Shown: piece after piece, positions 1 through 11,362 of the stretch
Numbering within the stretch: position 1 is the stretch's first letter
Layout: each line of letters starts with the position of its first letter
Source of the DNA: Antedon mediterranea
Lineage: Eukaryota; Animalia; Echinodermata
Assembly (NCBI RefSeq): GCF_964355755.1
Contig: NC_092670.1
Coordinates: 38,738,388 to 38,802,387, forward strand
Length of the DNA: 64,000 bases
Reading direction: 5' to 3'
Translations under genes and position numbers: made by a program
Notes under the pieces: model-generated
Told to the model about the DNA's origin: nothing
What the model saw: the letters and a program-made list of their open reading frames with translations, nothing else
The model's database searches: none

Positions 1-169
1 GGAGAGGGGAGGGGCCGGGGAAGGGAGGAGAGGAGAGGGGAGGGGCATGTGCCACTGTGGTAGAAGAGTTATGCCTATGAAAAGTAAAAAAACTCTTTAT
101 TATGATTGTTGGAACAGTTTAAAAACAAGGACACCACCAGACATGGATAGCATAATTGCTTGTGATCTG

Positions 170-340
170 CTAGACTTGCTCCAAGTCTGTATTTATTGTC
201 TTTTTTATGTTATTCCATACGTCGTCGTTTTGTTTTTTTGTCAGAAAACATCCAAACTCAAGTAATACACATATGAAACGCCATATGTGCAAAAATATAC
301 TAATATTAAGACAAAACTCCATCTGCCCAGACTAGTGATC
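170..340. mobile_element. Short interspersed repeat with hairpin ends (second copy at about 4467-4630)
   Basis: ctagacttgc(t/c)ccaagtctg...tatgaaacgccat...attaagacaaaactcc...cccagactag is present at both loci. Confidence 0.55.
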
Positions 341-568
341 TGGTGGTACATGTTCCGATTCTTGAAAATTTAGTTCTACATCCCAAAATGTGCACCAGCC
401 CCATTCCCAAACCAGCCTATGTTGTTATAATAATAATATATATTTATTTTTTACTGATTTACACCGTTTTGTAGAGTACTTGAATTAAATAGTAGTAATA
501 ATAGTATTCTTTAAAAAATATAGTTCGAAAGTGTATTTTTATTTCATATTAAACATTTTTTTTTATAG

Positions 569-1062
569 AAAAGTACAAAAAAGATCACCGCAAGAAGAAA
601 ACCGGTTCACGCGCAAAAATTTTCACCGAAGGTTGGATTGAATTTAAAAACAAGAAAATTGCTAAGAGGGTAGCGTCGACGTTCAACAACACAAAAATCG
701 GCGGCAAGAAGACTAGCAGACAATATGACGATATCTGGAACATGAAGTATTTAAGTCGATTTCAATGGAGTCATCTAGTAGAGAGGTTAGAATATGAGAA
801 TGCAGTCAGAGATCAGAGAATGCGTACTGAAATTAGCCAAGTCAAAAAAGAAACAAACTTTTTCATCAAAAATATTGAAAAGAAAAAAGTGCTGGAAAAA
901 TTGGAAGACAGGAAAAGAAAGAAAGGCGAAGAATGGACGAGTAAGATGAGGAGTTTTAAACAAAGAAAAACCGATGAGAAACATAGTTTATCAAAAGCAT
1001 TAAATGAACATAAAAAAAAGGCTGTCAGTTCAGATTTTCTACATAAAATATTCCAGGCATAG
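569..1062 (+). CDS. ABT1: Activator of basal transcription 1 / ESF2 homolog, terminal coding exon (gene starts upstream of the window)
   Basis: Acceptor ttttatag at 568. The frame reads KYKKDHRKKKTGSRAKIFTEGWIEFKNKKIAKRVASTFNNTKIGGKKTSRQYDDIWNMKYLSRFQWSHL, the RRM end and conserved C-terminal block of ABT1/Esf2. TAG at 1060-1062, AATAAA at about 1118. Confidence 0.92.
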
Positions 1063-1203
1063 ATTATGCTCATCATGGATTTTATTGTATCTATTTAATT
1101 TGATCGCCATGGTTAATAATAAACAGTATTAAATGTATGAAAAATCACTGGATGGGGGTACCTCTTATTCAGTAGTTATCCATCAAAACTACACCAATTC
1201 ATT

Positions 1204-2807
1204 AACTAGACATGTAACTCGTCACTTTGACGAGTTTGGTTATCCGCCGCGCAAGTGGTGCAACATTAACATTAAAGGGATAGGTTGAGGACAAAAGGAA
1301 GTGTTCACGTTGGCATTATGACCTGAACTGAAGAATATGATATGTTGTTATTGCTGAATTTTATTATTTAAATTCATATATAGTATACACAGTATAATCT
1401 GTATCCATATCACATACAGTGTAGAATAGGTGAAATTACTGGACCCGCTATTTATTGCAATTTTTAACATGTTGACGGTTTTAAAATGAAACGCGAAGTT
1501 AGCAATTCCGAAAGAAAATTATCTCAGCAACAACGTATTAGCGTGTAGAAGAAATTTGAATACGTGAAATATTGATGCGCGCTCTTTTAAATGTAATGAA
1601 TTATGACGCAAAAGATGAAAATACGACCTTTTTTATTTAACTGGCCATATGATGACGTCACAACATCCGATTGGCAACACTTTTACATAATTTCGTATCT
1701 ACAATCCAATAGCTTCCAGTAAAAGTTTTAATCGTGATTATCACATTTTATTCTTACGAGCTATAACAGATTAAAATTTACTGTAAAGATGAAATTGATG
1801 CCACACGTGATTTAAATTTTTAGGCATGATGACGTCAAAAAAATTAAAATATTTTTAACTCATGCGAAAGATAGTTGATTGACCTACACAATATCAAAAT
1901 CGGGGTGAAAATGGAAAACGGATAAGTGGAGATGCGCTCTATTCAATGTGATGAGCTATGACGAAAGATACAAAAATCCTAAATTTTATATTCGCGTGAC
2001 CATACGATGACGTCATAATGTCCGGTTAGTCATATTAATACCTGATCCGATATCTACAACTCATCTACTTCTAGAATATGTCATCCACAAAAATTTGACC
2101 GTCTAGTTTAGAAATTACGACTGTTTTAAAAATGGCATATTTTAAACGAATTTTTTAACCTTTTCATAAAAAACGCGCGCAAATTGTCCAATTCGACGTG
2201 CTCGTATGACGTATCTTTAAGTCGAAATTGTTTAAAATTTGGTAAAATTACTAGAAAAGGCTGGAAAAACATAAATCACGCGAAAAAAATACGTTTTCAA
2301 TGCTACGTGCGCACCGCACACGTAAAAATGTGCGCACGCGTGGGAATTTTTGACATGCTTAAAACGACATGAAACGCGTAGAAAGTTGATTATAAATTAA
2401 TTTTGCGCATTTTGAAATTTTAAATGCGCGTGCGCGCGTAACTTTGTGTAAAACACGCAATTTTTTTTCAACAGAAAGTTAGCGCATGATATAAATTAAA
2501 CTTTTGCAAAGTTTCAAGTTGAAATGTTATTTGGTTGTCGACCTATGTTAAATACGACAAAACCGTTAAATCGCGCGTAAGTCACGTTGCGCAATTGTAA
2601 ACGTCATGAAAAGCTTCGCTTGACGACGTTACGTAAATGTCAATATGTTAAGATAGTTACCGAAATGTTATGTTTGCGAGTTTTGGAGAAAAGCGTTACA
2701 CAAAAATCATACAGAAAGAAAGAAGAAGAATAAAAAGATGATGATGATGATGATTTCGTACAATCACAAGAGGTTATCCTGCAACTTCGTTGCGGATAAC
2801 CAAAAAA
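1204..2807 (-). mobile_element. Non-autonomous Helentron-type (HINE/DINE-1-like) element
   Basis: On the minus strand: a T-run, subTIR GGTTATCCGC with an adjacent inverted copy (2772-2801), then TCA/TTC microsatellite. At the far end: the matching subTIR (1238-1247), hairpin actcgtca-ctt-tgacgagt (1217-1235) and a ...CTAGTT terminus. Confidence 0.75.
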
Positions 2808-3104
2808 TATTCACACCGTTTTACTTAAGTACAGTACTGTATCACTTGGCCACATGCTGGACAGCTTTTCTTCTAGAAATAGGATGGATGGATGCAGTAC
2901 AGTAAAGAACCTTTGTCATAAATCTACCATTTGTATGTTTAGGCCTACTTAAAATTAAACTTATTCTTTCCCTTTAAAAAAAACACAAATGTATCTTTTT
3001 ATTATCAATAAACAAATTTAAACGTATGAATGCATTGTATCACAATGTAATTATTATTTTTACACTAGCAAGTATATTATAAATTCAAGTATGGTAATTA
3101 AAAT

Positions 3105-4197
3105 TTAAAGATGTATTGTCCCCCAAAAACATGAAAAATAAAGATTAATAAAAATCAGACTTTGATTAAATTAGTTTGTAGTTTTAATAAAGTTAATCAC
3201 TTTCGTAGAAAAAAACCCAAATATTTAATGTTTCACTTATAAAATGACAAAATAAACGGTTAAATTCAACCAAAAACCAATTGGATGTCTGTCAGCCAAT
3301 TTGACTATTTTTTGATTTAAATTACATTTTTTTTAGGTAAATACATTTTTTTTCCGATCCAATTTTTGGTCAAAGTGGATAACTATTTAGGTGACATTAA
3401 AATGGCATATTAAAAAAATTAAGAATTATCTTTTCGGGGGGGGGGGGGGGGGACGGTGTCTGATCATTTTGGCCGCCAGTCATTTCGGCCGCCGGTTATG
3501 GAATTGCCAAATTCATGAAACGCCAAAAAGGACAAAATATGTATTGTTAATTTCGGCCGCCAGAATTGTAATTATTCTTGAATATGTATGACACGCCATG
3601 TGTGTTAAAATGTTAATATTTTACTAGGCCTAAATACTGTATTATTAAGCCGAATCGGCGGTCTTTAATTCCAGAAACAGCAGCAATATTATAGCGTGCA
3701 CATTGCCATCACTACAGTGAATATTTTTATTAAGAAGGAGGTGATGCTGAAGTTTTTTTTATGTGCCAGTCAAAAACACTTGACTTGATTCATATTAAAA
3801 GAAACACATTTTTACAAAGCACACGCATCTTCAGGACTTGTAAAATAAATAAAAAAATAAACATTAAATCAATATTCATTTTGACCAAAATATTCAGACG
3901 GTAAAATACCGTAACTATAACTTTAAATCTATGCCTACGGCAAAAACAAAATGTATTTAGCCCATTGCACAAAGTTCTCTGTGGCGTTCCATAGACTTGA
4001 TAAATTTATTTGTTTTCACTGTAATACTGTACAGTTAATGAGTTATTTCTGGCTATTTCAATTTAGCGCGCCATACCTGGCGGCCGAAATGATCACGCCA
4101 TTTTTTGGAGTTTCATGAATTTGGGCGTTCCATAACCGGCGGCCGAAATGATTGGCGGCCGAAATGCACTGTGACCGGGGGGGACAATACATTTTAA
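3105..4197. mobile_element. TTAA-flanked non-autonomous DNA transposon (Kolobok-like termini), interrupted by a nested element
   Basis: TIR ttaa-agatgtattgtccc ... gggacaatacat(t/c)t-taa. A related copy lies at 30685-31201 and a terminal fragment at about 7986-8005. Confidence 0.65.
3454..4177. mobile_element. Foldback-type MITE nested in the element above, 7-bp TSD
   Basis: Long imperfect TIRs built of catttcggccgcc / ggcggccgaaatg units, CGG...CCG ends, gggggga on both sides. Confidence 0.7.
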
Positions 4198-4689
4198 ATA
4201 ACTTCATAATACTATTTAAAAATACAACGATTTATTTTTCAGAGACACGAATAGAAAGAAATATAGATAACATTATTATTGAATAGTACCCCTTTCACAC
4301 CAAAAGCAAAACTGCGAAGACACTTTGGTGTGAAAGAGGTATTAGTCCAGAGGGAGCAGCCTACACTTCCATTGCATCCTACGTTCGATCGCAAACAAGG
4401 AATTGGAGCTCAACGCGATACTACTGAATAATTTTCCCAATAATCACGTCACGATGGATCATCCCTAGACTTGCCCCAAGTCTGTATTATCTTTTTTTTT
4501 TATTTATTTGTTTTTATTTCGACCGCGATTTTTATCAAGTAGTATACGTATGAAACGCCATCTGTGCCAAAATATTTATCTTTTAACTAGTATTAAGACA
4601 AAACTCCGTCTGGAACCCAGACTAGATCATCCCAGATGCCGCTGCGATTGGTCAAAAAGCGTTGCGCGTATGCCATTGCGTCCAAAAGT

Positions 4690-4699
4690 GGGGTTTCCC
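4690..4699 (+). promoter_or_regulatory. Candidate NF-kB site upstream of PARP12-like A
   Basis: GGGGTTTCCC matches GGGRNWYYCC. It lies about 290 bp upstream of the ATG, near an inverted CCAAT box (attgg, about 4647). Confidence 0.35.
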
Positions 4700-4986
4700 A
4701 TTTTCGTGTTAACTGTTTTTGTGTTCAAATTGCTTTTCTTGAGCTATTTGAATCAACTTCTTTATTTGTGTGTGTAGTTCAAAATTGTTCAAATAAGTCT
4801 GTGTTAAATGCACGATTACATTACATACTGTAGGCTTATACATACGTCAGACCGTGACGTATACTGTACAATTAAACGTCTGGTTAAAGAGTCTGTAGAC
4901 TACAAGTGGAAAATCCAGTAAAGTGTATTGACTTTAAAAACCAGAAAGGAGTGGGTCTATTTGGGTAAAATATAAAAAACATCAAG

Positions 4987-7900
4987 ATGGAGAGCGAGAT
5001 TATTGCGATTTTGTTTAAACACAAGTTGATAAGTCTAGAAAAGTTAAAGGCTGTTGCATTGAATAAAGGTTACACTATCACTGGAACTGACGAGTTGAAG
5101 ACATTGGTCGATAATTATCCAGAAGTACGTATTTTTACCGAAGGCGGGGAAACCAAATGCGAGTACCAACTGAATATTGAAGTGTGTGCGCGAAAACCAC
5201 TTGATAGTACAACAGGAATGTGCAAACTGGGATTCGACTGCAGCAAAATTCACATTTGTACATTTTTTGTTAATGGTGAGTACATCGATGGTGTTATAAA
5301 ATAAATAAAATAAATTTTGAGAAGTTTAAACATAACCTTCCTGAATGAAGCTGGGTATTAGTGTGGGTATAATAATTTCGACAGGCCACACCCATTTTAC
5401 CACTTGTCCCCGGCACCTACTTCGATATCGTAACACACACAGATCCTAGACGGCAAACCATTTTATCTTTTACTGCGTCAGTCAGCGCATGCTCAAACGT
5501 GATATTACATAATCGTGAACGATCAATTATTTATCATCTAAAGCTTGGTTCCCACTAGCGACGCAACGTAACCCAAGGCGCAACGTAAGAAAATGCCCTT
5601 CCAATAATTGTGTTTTCCCCCGCCCGCGTGAAATCAAACCTGCGATGTTTGCATCACTATTGCGTCGTCGGTTCCCACTTGTGATTACGCAATACAGAAC
5701 TTTGCGTCAATACCTCGCTGTAGGCCTATTGCGTTCTACTGGGAACCACGCTTACGCAACGTAAGCAAATGCCCTTCCAATAATTGTGTTTGTCCCCGCC
5801 TGCGTGAAATCAAACGTGCGATGTTTGCAGCACGTTGCGCGCCCGACGTTGCGTAGGTTGCATTGGGTTACGTTGCGTCGCTAGTGGGAATCAAGCTTAA
5901 GGTGTGTGTGTATGTGATGTAAACTTACTTTAATTGTTTTAATTTTATAGGTGAATGCTCAAAGGGTAATAAGTGTCATTTCCCACATGATCTCACAACC
6001 CCTGGTAATACTGCTTTTGTGCGCAAGCATGGTTTAGAAGCTGTTGAAATGAAGGATATTTTTTCACAAACTCATTTCAAAGAGGGACTGGTTCTTACTA
6101 TCTGCTCTTACTACAATAGTGAAAATGGTTGTAGAAAGGGGAATGACTGTAACTTCCTACACATTTGCAGGTAATATTAATTCAGCTATTCCACAATTGC
6201 CATGCCTTAAGCTCTGTCTACACTATCAAAGTTTATGTGACAAAAAAAATATGATGTGCCCATATATGGACATGATGATGTCATATCACTACCATATTTG
6301 GGAATATCACTACCATATTCAGGCACATCACATGTTTTTGTCAAACTAGTGTGATAGTGTAAACAGAGCTTTATAGAAGTAGGCTACCCATTCCAATTTT
6401 AATCCACTCCTGTCATACTTTATAGTTTCTCTGCAGCTAATTAAAATTTGTTAACTCTCAGTGTAATTACTAAATTGGAGAGACACACCTTACCGGTGAC
6501 AGCGTTTGTTTAATGCTTTTGTCTTTCCTCGGCCCCGTGTCTTGTTTTTCATATATATATATATATTTTTATGTTTTTTTTGTAATTATTATTTCATGTT
6601 TATTGCCGAAATGAATAAAATAAAATACACATTTTCATTTGTTTATCTTCATTTTTTTCTGTATTGAAAGAATAAATGTTTAGTTGAATTGAATTCGTTG
6701 CAATTTGTAATTGAATTTTGAATATTGAATTTGATTGTAATTTAGTTTCATTTATCTTCATCTTCATCGATATGAGTTCCCACAATCATCACGTTGATGT
6801 GGTGGCAGTATTCAAAGCTGAGGGGTGACTCGAGTTGACGGGGTTGTTTAAGAAATGGAACATCTATAGTATGTAGGCATGTACAGTATCACATACTATT
6901 TTTATCTTTTTAATTTTTTTGTAGAAATTATATTGTTACCAAATGTCCAAAGTCCTGTGAGTATAACCATAATGTTTTTAAAACCAACTGTATAAGGGTG
7001 TTGAAGACGTATGACATCTGTGTGGATCAGCGACCTGTCAAAATCAAGGATGAAATTAAACAAAAGATTCAAACACACAAAAAATCAGCAAAACCACAAA
7101 CTCCAGCATCAACATCATCACCCCCACCAAAACCAACACCGGCACCCACACCACCACCACCTTCAAAGCAACTCACAAGTCTAAAGGAAGCAATTTGTAC
7201 TTATAACATCCGAGAAAAATGTAGGTACAATGAAAGCTGCATCCGACAGCATCATACGTTGCCTTACCAGTGGTTCTACATGGACGGATTGATGTGGAAG
7301 CCATTCACAGAAGAGACTCAAACCAAATTGGAAGAAGAGTACTGTAATGTTTCTATTGTGAGCTACACGACGTAAGTATGTCGAACCTCTCTGTGTACAG
7401 GGCCGTGCGGCCAGTATGAAGCAAACATTTTAAATTTCTATCACCCACCTCAATTCCCCACCACAGATCGTCATATATTAATATTTCCAGCATCTTTGCC
7501 TCGTCTGGTTTTAATGCCATTGAATGGCTACATATATTGTACAAATCTTTTGATTTAGTGAAGGAGTCACGGTAAACTTTGATAAGATGAGAAAGGACAG
7601 TAAAGTTGTACGTCTATCGACTCCATCCAGCGTAACAGAGCCACCAAACCATCCGTTCACGACCAAATGGACATGGTACTGGCAAGATAATTCTGTAAAT
7701 GCCAAGGGTAATTGGAGAGAATACACACAAAAGGTACAATTTAAAGCAAATACCATGTAGAAATGTCATGCAGCATATAGATGAAGAAAAACATATTCTT
7801 CATTTTGGCCACATTTATTTACAAAAAGGTGCCTTTATGATTCATTGATATACCCAATTGTAACACATTACACTTTATGCTGAACTGGTCAATCCTGATC

Positions 7901-9500
7901 TCTGCTACTTTGTAATAGAGACTATGACATAAAGTTAATAGAAGGTATACGAACCGGTCCTAATAAGCATGCCACTGGATATTTTTGGGGGACAATACAT
8001 CTTTGAATATTAATTGTTGATTACAGAGCACCGCTGGAACAGTGTCTGATAAAGACAGTGAGGAGTTAGAAAAACATTATCAAATGTTTTTAGAAGAATC
8101 AAGTCTTTCTACGATTACTTTCAATGTTGGACCATACAGCTACAAATTGAACTTTGACAAAATGGAACAAGAAAGTCTTACATTCAAAACCATTAGACGT
8201 GTTCGTCGACGTCCTGCAAAACTAGTCACCAAACATGACATAGTGAGGTACAAGATGGAAGTCAAGTCAAACCGGTATGTAAGGTTGGATCTGTATTTGT
8301 ATCATGTTAAGCTCTGTCTACACATTCAAACTTTATGTGACAACAAAATGTTATGTACCCATATATGGACATGATGATGTCATATCACTACCATATTTGG
8401 GCACATCACACTTTTTTGTGAAACTAGTTTGATAGTGTAGACAGAGCTTAAGAACCATGTCAGACCCCTTTTATATCTTAAAGTCTCCCAAATATTTTCT
8501 CTAAAGAAATATCAAAGTATAAAAATCTATCACCTTATTGGTTTTGATCTAGTTCTAAAGGGATTACCACAGGTGTCGGTGGTACCTCATCATCGACAAG
8601 CATTCCTGCTTGCTGGGAGAAAGTGGACAAGTTTGATCCAGAAGCATCCTTTCAACTAGTAGATGTAAAAGTTGGTTCTACAGAGTACAATGAAGTAAAG
8701 CGTCTTTTTAATCAAACTTGTAACAATCCAATTTTAAAGATACAGCGGGTACAAAATGAAGAATTGTGGGAAGACTACCAAAAGTAAGTTTATTACTATA
8801 GCAAACATCATCTTTTGGAAATTTGTTGATGTCTTCAATAACTCTAAAAAGAGTTACAGAAAAGTAATTTTACAAATGATATCATGTTATACCATATCAC
8901 CTACAGTACAGATGTATCCAGGTTGAGGGCCTAATATATGATATTGTTGTGACCAAAACACTTTACTACTCTTAGAGCTGTATTGGTTCTCTTTCGTCAA
9001 TTCTCAATTTATAAATGTATTAGGATCCATACCAACATACATACATAACAGGACAATGTGTAAAATGATTTTATTCAAACAGGAAACAAGAACGGATGAT
9101 CAAAAAGTTACCACCTGGAACAACTGTTGAAAGAAGACTTTGGCACGGGACAAGAGACTACCATGCCCAGGCTATTTGTCAACAAAACTTTGACTTCAGA
9201 TGCAGTGGGTCAAGCTCTGGAACAGCCTATGGACAGGGAAGCTATTTTGCACGCGATGCGAGCTATTCAACTGGTTATGCACGTGCTGCAAATGACGGTC
9301 GCCGATTTATGTTCCTCGCCAAAGTATTGGTTGGAGAATATACAATAGGAAATCCAAGCCACAGACGACCACCAGCAAAAATTCAGGCTGGCAATTTAAA
9401 GAGTCTGTACAATTCTTGTGTTAACCAGACATCTGAACCAAGCATATTTGTGATATTTGATAAAGATCAAATGTATCCAGAATACCTTCTACAATTTTAA
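4987..9500 (+). CDS. PARP12: PARP12/ZC3HAV1-like mono-ADP-ribosyltransferase, paralogue A (CCCH x4, Pro-rich linker, CCCH, WWE x2, ART)
   Basis: Exons 4987-5275, 5951-6170, 6925-7371, 7559-7733, 8027-8274, 8553-8783, 9083-9500 join in frame with GT/AG. CCCH motifs (e.g. CTFFVNGECSKGNKCHFPH, CTYNIREKCRYNESCIRQH), WWE motifs (PYQWFY..WKPF, WTWYWQD..WREY) and the ART domain LWHGT...YGQGSYFARDASYS...SCVN...PSIFVIFDKDQMYPEY with an H-Y-I triad. Confidence 0.9.
5542..5897. mobile_element. Tourist/Harbinger-like MITE, family B (other copies near 9970, 24670, 41726, 42157, 51030, 54237, 62962)
   Basis: TIR agcttggttcccactag ... ctagtgggaa(t/c)caagct with TAA on both sides. Confidence 0.75.
6210..6370. 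mobile_element. Tourist/Harbinger-like MITE, family A (about 25 full or partial copies in the window)
   Basis: TIR agctctgtctacactatcaaa ... tttgatagtgtagacagagct, TTA/TAA TSD, internal 21-bp unit. Other copies at about 8310, 15146, 19693, 22940, 31529, 32412, 32928, 34527, 36650, 42724, 44098, 48366, 49596, 51375, 52332, 53469, 59048, 59365, 60977, 61594, 62487, 63338, 63590, 63947. Confidence 0.85.
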
Positions 9501-10049
9501 GAGAACTATACCATTTTCTACAGGTAATGGTTTATTAGAATGGTATCAATAATGTTTTTTTATATTTTATACACTATAATCATAATAAATATTAATGAAT
9601 TGAAGTAGTGTTGATTTTTAATAGTACAGTAGTAGTAATGTATTTTACCTTTAATGAAATAATAATTGTATACAAATGAATTTAATTTTTTATTAATAAT
9701 TGTACAGTACCGTACATTTTAATATATTAAAAAAAAACTTAATTCCGACAACCACCATGCTAAATGGTATTATTAGACAGAATTACATTAATGCGTTTTT
9801 TAAATTGATGTACAGGCATTCATAAAAAACTTAAGAAATTTAGATTAAGAAGTAAACTGATAAAATTCACATTTCATGGCTAACAACTAATAATTATGTA
9901 CAGTTTAGTGCATAGTGCAGCTAATTATTAGAAATATATTATGCTTTTGGACCTCAGTTTTATATTTGAATGGTTCTCAAGGACGCAGAATAAGGACGTA
10001 AGCACAACGCAAGTTGACCAATCACTACGCCCTGTGGGAACCAAGTTTT

Positions 10050-10780
10050 ATACTAGACTTTACAATGCAGAATACGGTATTATATGCTGAGGCTGGCTAA
10101 TTCAGCTTTGATTGTCTTAAACTGTTACTTTCGGATAAAAACCATCACCTAATTAATATAAAAATAATTTCTCTGACAAATATCATTTATAAACCTTGGC
10201 TTAGTGGCTTAATTTCTGGATATTATGATAGGAGGGTATATATTATGATAGGAGGGTATATATTATGATAGGAGGGTATATATTATGATAGGAGAGTATA
10301 TATTATGATAGGAGGGTATATATTATGATAGGAGGGTATATATTTATATGATTGATAGGAGGGTATATATTATGATAGGAGGGTATATATTATGATAGGA
10401 GGGTATATATTTATATGATTGATAGGAGGGTATATATTATGATAGGAGGGTATATATTATGATAGGAGGGTATATATTTATATGATTGATAGGAGGGTAT
10501 ATATTATGATAGGAGAGTATATATTATGATAGGAGGGTATATATTTTTTGTACAAAGTTTGTAATATAATCTAATGAATAAAAAGGTGGCTTTACATAAT
10601 GTTGGAATGTTAAATACTTATTTTTAAGTTTTTCACCATGCTTAGAATACTTAATATTCTCATAATTCTGTACAGTGGACACATGAACTCTAAAGGTGGG
10701 GGGGGGGGGGGATGGGGTAGGGGTGTTTTCATTTATAAACTACACTTAACTTCACTGCAGTACTGTACATAGTTGCTAAT
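10050..10780 (-). pseudogene. Degenerate duplicate of the NUDT19 last exon start and last intron
   Basis: ttgtcttaaact...ggataaa..catcacctaa (about 10112-10152) and gaataaaaagg...ttttcaccatgcttagaa...ctgtacagtg..catgaactc (10576-10690) align with 16711-16997 plus 18930-18946. Confidence 0.75.
10221..10545. repeat. 20-bp minisatellite (tattatgataggagggtata)n, about 15 units
   Basis: Directly visible tandem array with a few longer variant units. Confidence 0.95.
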
Positions 10781-11243
10781 TATTAATTTTATATGTAACA
10801 CTGTGAACTCCATCTAGTAGTAGTACTAATATTTTGTTTAAACAATGGAATCGATCCTGTAATGATGTCATTTAATCTAATTGAGTGAATAAAATGATGT
10901 CATTGTATATAATGAATACAGTATACTGGCTCCATGCTGGTTTTTTTGCGGGGGGAGGGGGGGGGTGTTACATAAAAACAGGAAGTATAGGATTAGATTC
11001 TGCCTTAAAGTACAATATGTTTTGGGGTGGGTAACACTTTATAAATAATATGTCATTCATTGCATATAAAAATATCAATAAAACACAACAATAATTACTG
11101 TATATATCTCGTGACTTATTTTTATGTCACTATGGACGCCTTACTTTCGATGATGTCACAGATTAGATCACATGACAGCTTAGCTATGTTAAGATAATGT
11201 AATACATACCTACTATACAACGACTGGTAAAGAGTCTGTACCT

Positions 11244-11253
11244 GGAAATTCCC
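11244..11253 (-). promoter_or_regulatory. Candidate NF-kB site upstream of PARP12-like B
   Basis: ggaaattccc is GGGAATTTCC on the minus strand, about 110 bp upstream of the ATG, in a block homologous to 4880-4920 of paralogue A. Confidence 0.35.
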
Positions 11254-11362
11254 AGTATATATATAATATATATAGTACAGTAGTATATATATTTGGATAT
11301 ACAGTGCAGTACTGCATGCTGAAAGAAGTACCGTAAGAAAATCAAAGGAAAAAACATCAAAG

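Noticed and set aside
47-265. 72-aa ORF
   Set aside because: Lies in an ABT1 intron and overlaps a repeat, with no recognisable domain.
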